Assembly (NCBI GenBank): GCA_040398805.1
Contig: JBBATK010000001.1
Span: 249,933 to 313,932, forward strand
Direction: 5' to 3'
Origin: Candidatus Kapaibacterium sp.
GTDB lineage: Bacteria; Bacteroidota; Ignavibacteria; Kapaibacteriales; NICIL-2
Length of the DNA stretch: 64,000 nt
Position 1 is the stretch's first letter. Every line of letters starts with the position of its first letter. The notes beneath the pieces are model-generated. The model had not been told where the DNA came from and did not search any database. It worked only from the letters and a program-made list of their open reading frames with translations. Positions 60,274 to 64,000 of the stretch are shown one piece after another. The position numbers and the translations under genes are program-made.

Positions 60274-61071
60274 TTAGCGTCCGCTGAACGCCGGTTTCCG
60301 TTTTTCTTGAAATGCTCGAACACCTTCTGCATAGTCCTGAGTCTCACCGGCTTTCTGCTGATACTCTCGCTCATGGTCCAGCATCTCATCCAATGTCGCC
60401 GTTTGTGCCGTCCGCAGGAGAGTCTTTATGTACCCATACGATGTCGTCGGACCCGCAGCGTATTCTTTCGCAAGGGACAGGACGGCGGCATCGAGAACGT
60501 CGGGGCTCACGACCATGTTCACCATGCCAAGCTTCAACGCCTGTTCGGCCGTGAACTGACCATTCCGTGTTGCGAACTCGAAGGCCTGAGCATAACCAAG
60601 CATGCGCGTGTAAAAAAACGTCGCACCCGAATCCGGAACGAGAGCTATGGCGGAGAATGCCTCGACAAGCTTCGCAGCGCTGCTCATGATGCGGATGTCG
60701 GCGGCAAGGGCAAGGGAGAGTCCGGCTCCTGCGGCGACGCCGTTGATCGACGCGATGATGGGTTTCGGCAGGGACGTCATGGCTCGGATGATGGGATTGT
60801 ATCGTGTCTCCAGCGCATCACGCAGCGTACCTTGGCCCTCACTACCCGGAGCTTCCTTGAGATCCTGTCCGGAACAGAACGCACGACCCGAACCGCTCAG
60901 GACCACGCAGCGTACCCGTTCATCCGTTCCCGCTTCCGAGAACGCCTTCTGCAGCTCGGTGGTCATGACGTTGTTACACGCATTAAAGACCTCGGGTCTG
61001 TTCAGCCGGATGTGCATGATACCGTCGTCGACATGTACCAAAAGAGTCGTCATTTCCATATCTGTTTCCAA
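60274..61071 (-). CDS. Enoyl-CoA hydratase/isomerase (crotonase) family protein
   Basis: The crotonase fold motifs VVLSGSGRAFCSGQDLKE and INGVAAGAG. Confidence 0.8.
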   Translation of the reverse strand: METDMEMTTLLVHVDDGIMHIRLNRPEVFNACNNVMTTELQKAFSEAGTDERVRCVVLSGSGRAFCSGQDLKEAPGSEGQGTLRDALETRYNPIIRAMTSLPKPIIASINGVAAGAGLSLALAADIRIMSSAAKLVEAFSAIALVPDSGATFFYTRMLGYAQAFEFATRNGQFTAEQALKLGMVNMVVSPDVLDAAVLSLAKEYAAGPTTSYGYIKTLLRTAQTATLDEMLDHEREYQQKAGETQDYAEGVRAFQEKRKPAFSGR

Positions 61072-61119
61072 AGTGATAAATCACGAACGGGTTCCACAAG
61101 TCAGGAAAGCGAATTCCTA

Positions 61120-61902
61120 TCAGGAACCCGACCAAACCGGCTTCCGCTTCTCGACGAATGCCGCCATGCCCTCTTTTTGGTCGTTGGACGCAAACAAGAG
61201 GTAGAAGTTCTTCCGCTCCAGTTCCAGTCCTGCGTCCAAGGGTTGTTCGATGGCGGCATTGACCGCCTCCTTGGCAAGGCGAACGGCAAACGGCGGCTTC
61301 GATGCGATACTCGACGCCAGGGAGAATGCTTCCTGAAGGAACATCGCGCTCGGAACGACACGGGAAACCAGTCCGTGCTCGCATGCCTTCGCTGCCGACA
61401 GCATGGAACCGGTCAGAATCATCTCCATTGCCAAGCTTTTCCCAAGCGCCCTGGTGAGCCGCTGAGTACCGCCCGCTCCCGGCATCACCCCGATGTTGAT
61501 CTCCGGCTGACCGAACTGTGCGGTATCGCTCGCGATGATGATGTCACACATCATCGCCAATTCACACCCGCCACCGAGAGCATACCCGCTGACAGCTGCG
61601 ACGAGAGGTTTCTTGATGAGGCGTAAGCGCTCCCACACAGCGAATTGATCGCGTTTCACCATCGTCACCGCATCGGCCTCCTCCATCTCCTTGATATCTG
61701 CACCGGCGGCGAAAACCTTTTCGGTCCCATGAATGACGATGCAACCGATACCGTCATCGGCGTCGAAACGGTTGCACGCGTCGACGATCTCATCCATCAT
61801 GGGCATGTTGAGCGCGTTCATGGCGGTTGGACGGTATAACTCGATGGCGGCCACCCTGGCAGTGGGATTCGATATTCGAATACACGTATATTCGTTCGTC
61901 AT
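61120..61902 (-). CDS. Enoyl-CoA hydratase (second crotonase paralogue)
   Basis: IVIHGTEKVFAAGADIKEM, AVSGYALGGGCELAMMCD; the start is chosen at MTNEYTCIRI. Confidence 0.8.
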   Translation of the reverse strand: MTNEYTCIRISNPTARVAAIELYRPTAMNALNMPMMDEIVDACNRFDADDGIGCIVIHGTEKVFAAGADIKEMEEADAVTMVKRDQFAVWERLRLIKKPLVAAVSGYALGGGCELAMMCDIIIASDTAQFGQPEINIGVMPGAGGTQRLTRALGKSLAMEMILTGSMLSAAKACEHGLVSRVVPSAMFLQEAFSLASSIASKPPFAVRLAKEAVNAAIEQPLDAGLELERKNFYLLFASNDQKEGMAAFVEKRKPVWSGS

Positions 61903-61975
61903 GGGTACGTCGTTCGCGAAAGTGAGAGGACGCGCGAAGATAGCCACCCCTAAAGAATAATCCTGTCGTCGAGCC

Positions 61976-62659
61976 ATGGAGTGTTTGTATATCCCCGAGT
62001 TTCATGCAGAGATGCGGCGTATCGAGGTGACCGATGACGAGTTCCGTCACGGCAAAGCGCTCCGGCTTCGTGAAGGCTCCCCTGTCATGGTGTCGAATGG
62101 TACCGGACTGTGCGCCGAGACGGTCGTCACAGAGCTTCATGCCCGTCATCTCCTTCTCGACTGTCGCCGACTGCTTCCCGGCTACAACGAACCTATTCAC
62201 TCGTCCCACCTTTGCATCGGAAACCTGGACAACAAGGATCGGCTGGAATTCCTGGTCGAGAAAGCGGTGGAGCTCGGCGTCCGATCCATCACCATCGTTC
62301 AGACGCGATATGCGTCACAACGGAAGCTCAATGCCGACCGCCTGCGCACGAAGGCCATAGCGGCCCTGAAACAATCGCGTCGTTCCACGCTGCCGGAAAT
62401 CGCCTCTGCTACGTCGCTTTCCGAAGTCGTGGGCATTATGAATGCGGACGTCCATGTTCTGTGTGATGAACATGGAACCCGCCCGGAAAGAGAAACGGGA
62501 ACGGTGTGCCTGTATGTAGGACCCGAAGGCGGGTTTCACGAGGAGGAAACCTCGTACCTGAAGTCATTGCCGAACATGCGCTCATGGCGCCTTGCCTCTT
62601 CGCGTCTTCGCGCGGAGACCGCGGCGATTTCCGCACTCAGTCATGTAGCGGCGTGGTGA
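61976..62659 (+). CDS. rsmE: 16S rRNA (uracil1498-N3)-methyltransferase
   Basis: 227 aa, a PUA-like N-terminus plus a SPOUT domain with RsmE-like motifs. Confidence 0.75.
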   Translation: MECLYIPEFHAEMRRIEVTDDEFRHGKALRLREGSPVMVSNGTGLCAETVVTELHARHLLLDCRRLLPGYNEPIHSSHLCIGNLDNKDRLEFLVEKAVELGVRSITIVQTRYASQRKLNADRLRTKAIAALKQSRRSTLPEIASATSLSEVVGIMNADVHVLCDEHGTRPERETGTVCLYVGPEGGFHEEETSYLKSLPNMRSWRLASSRLRAETAAISALSHVAAW

Positions 62660-62676
62660 CCTTCCCTCTACTCCGC

Positions 62677-63936
62677 TCAGGGTTGCATCTCTCGCAAACG
62701 CAATGTCGTCCGGGCCTCTTGCGCGAAGATGGAGCGAGGGAACGACCGTAAGAGCTCCTCATACACACCTCTGGCCTCCGTTTTCTTTCCCTCAGCCCTC
62801 CATGCCCGAGCAGTAAGAATGACGGACCTATCAGCGTAGATGCTTTCTGCAGAAAGTGTATGGAGACGTTCGCCGTATGCACGACACTCGGCGTATCTTC
62901 TCTCTGCAAAACACAACTCCGCCGCCTTTATACACGCCAAGTCGGACATGTCCTGGTTTCGTCTCTGCCGGATGATCGACTCATACAGTTTCAAGGCACT
63001 ATCGGCCTGTCGACGCAGCCGTGCCTTGCCCGCTTGTGCGAACGCGACCAGTACCAAGGAATCGTCGGCACACTGCCGGATGGTCGTCATCCGTTCGATG
63101 GCATCATTAGCGAAATCGGATTCCGGCTTCTCGGCAAGAACGGCGTACACGGCCGAAGCGCTGTCCATATATCCCTGGAAAAAGAGGATCTCCGCCCGTT
63201 GAAACTGAGCTTCGTCGATGATCTCTTCCGTGCTCCCGCGCATCGAGACAGCTTGGGATACGTACCGCATGGCCGCATCCATACTATCCTCCATAACGCT
63301 CACTTTGGCCAGCGACAGCACGGCTTGGACCGCTTGCGGGAATCCTTCGTACTGTTTTTGCAGAACCTCGTATTCGCGTTTGATATCGGATGTCGGCGCG
63401 CCGTAGCGCTCGAGCAAGGATGCGACCCGCAGGTACGCATCGGCAGCAGAGGAGGTACGGGGATAATCCCGGATGATCTTCCGGTACAGATCGATGATCT
63501 CCGATGTCCGTGCTTGAGGTCCCCCGTCGTTGGTCCTCGCTTCCGTACACGCCGCATATCCGAAAGCGGCGTATTGCGCTACGTCAGAACTCTTTCCCAT
63601 TCCCATCACTTTGGAGAACGCACGCATGGCGACCTCGTAGTTTCCGTCCGCTCGCATGGTTTCGGCAAAATTGACAAGCTCGCGTCCGCGCGACCCCAAA
63701 CGGTCATCGATACCTTCGACGATGGAGCATGCGTCGTCCGGACGTCGTATCTCACGAAGGAACCACTCGTACAAACGGGCGAACGCGATGTCCTCGCTGC
63801 CATGTCGACCGTACTCTTTGCGCATGAGGTCATACACGATCTGCGATGTCGAATCGTTCGTCAGTAAGGCGCTGACGCGACCCTGGGCATACGGCAATTG
63901 CGCCGACCGTTCAAAGGTCTCCAGTATCTCGCGCAA
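62677..63936 (-). CDS. Tetratricopeptide-repeat protein
   Basis: Repeated A/Y/L-rich 34-aa-like helices throughout. The N-terminus may extend past what the track shows. Confidence 0.55.
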   Translation of the reverse strand: MREILETFERSAQLPYAQGRVSALLTNDSTSQIVYDLMRKEYGRHGSEDIAFARLYEWFLREIRRPDDACSIVEGIDDRLGSRGRELVNFAETMRADGNYEVAMRAFSKVMGMGKSSDVAQYAAFGYAACTEARTNDGGPQARTSEIIDLYRKIIRDYPRTSSAADAYLRVASLLERYGAPTSDIKREYEVLQKQYEGFPQAVQAVLSLAKVSVMEDSMDAAMRYVSQAVSMRGSTEEIIDEAQFQRAEILFFQGYMDSASAVYAVLAEKPESDFANDAIERMTTIRQCADDSLVLVAFAQAGKARLRRQADSALKLYESIIRQRRNQDMSDLACIKAAELCFAERRYAECRAYGERLHTLSAESIYADRSVILTARAWRAEGKKTEARGVYEELLRSFPRSIFAQEARTTLRLREMQP

Positions 63937-64000
63937 TCCGTTCGGTAGGTCGCCGATCGTCGCGTAGAGTTTCGCAAGATCATCAGCGTAGAGCTCGGGT

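Noticed and set aside
1-64000. CRISPR arrays, IS elements, prophage or defence islands
   Set aside because: No direct-repeat/spacer periodicity, no transposase/integrase beyond xerD, and no phage structural or restriction/toxin genes were seen.

Overview
A 64-kb chromosomal window from a GC-rich member of the Bacteroidota/FCB lineage. This is inferred from the gene content (a type IX secretion system PorU-PorV pair, three cargo proteins with the T9SS C-terminal sorting domain, a GWxTD protein, an HmuY-like lipoprotein/TonB receptor pair) and from a Bacteroidetes-type TTTG/TAnnTTTG promoter in front of a tRNA. Coding density is high and almost all genes are ordinary chromosomal functions: fbaB, an ABC exporter, a CBS-type cysteine synthase, porU-porV, a GT2, dsbD, dnaB, an Rrf2 regulator, tRNA-Thr, an M32 peptidase, queA, uvrB, hemW, lepA-lepB-lepB, mpl, tRNA-Leu, lpxL, an orphan nuoD, xerD, a PgpH-like 7TM-HD protein, two crotonases and rsmE. 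No CRISPR array, IS element, prophage or restriction/TA module is visible. The most unusual region is a minus-strand cell-surface island at about 30.0-44.0 kb. There a second PorV/PorQ-family outer-membrane barrel lies 9 bp downstream of a 1409-aa T9SS-CTD cargo gene, followed upstream by a 1085-aa Oar-like TonB-type barrel and a BNR-repeat CTD protein. Two putative peptidases (M61, DUF885) sit next to this island and lpxL/GWxTD/SDR genes lie downstream of it. This arrangement mirrors the canonical porU-porV pair found at 4.7-9.9 kb in the same window. I read it as a candidate cargo-dedicated T9SS shuttle/secretion module that has not been characterised. Many long antisense ORFs in the supplied track are high-GC artefacts and were rejected.
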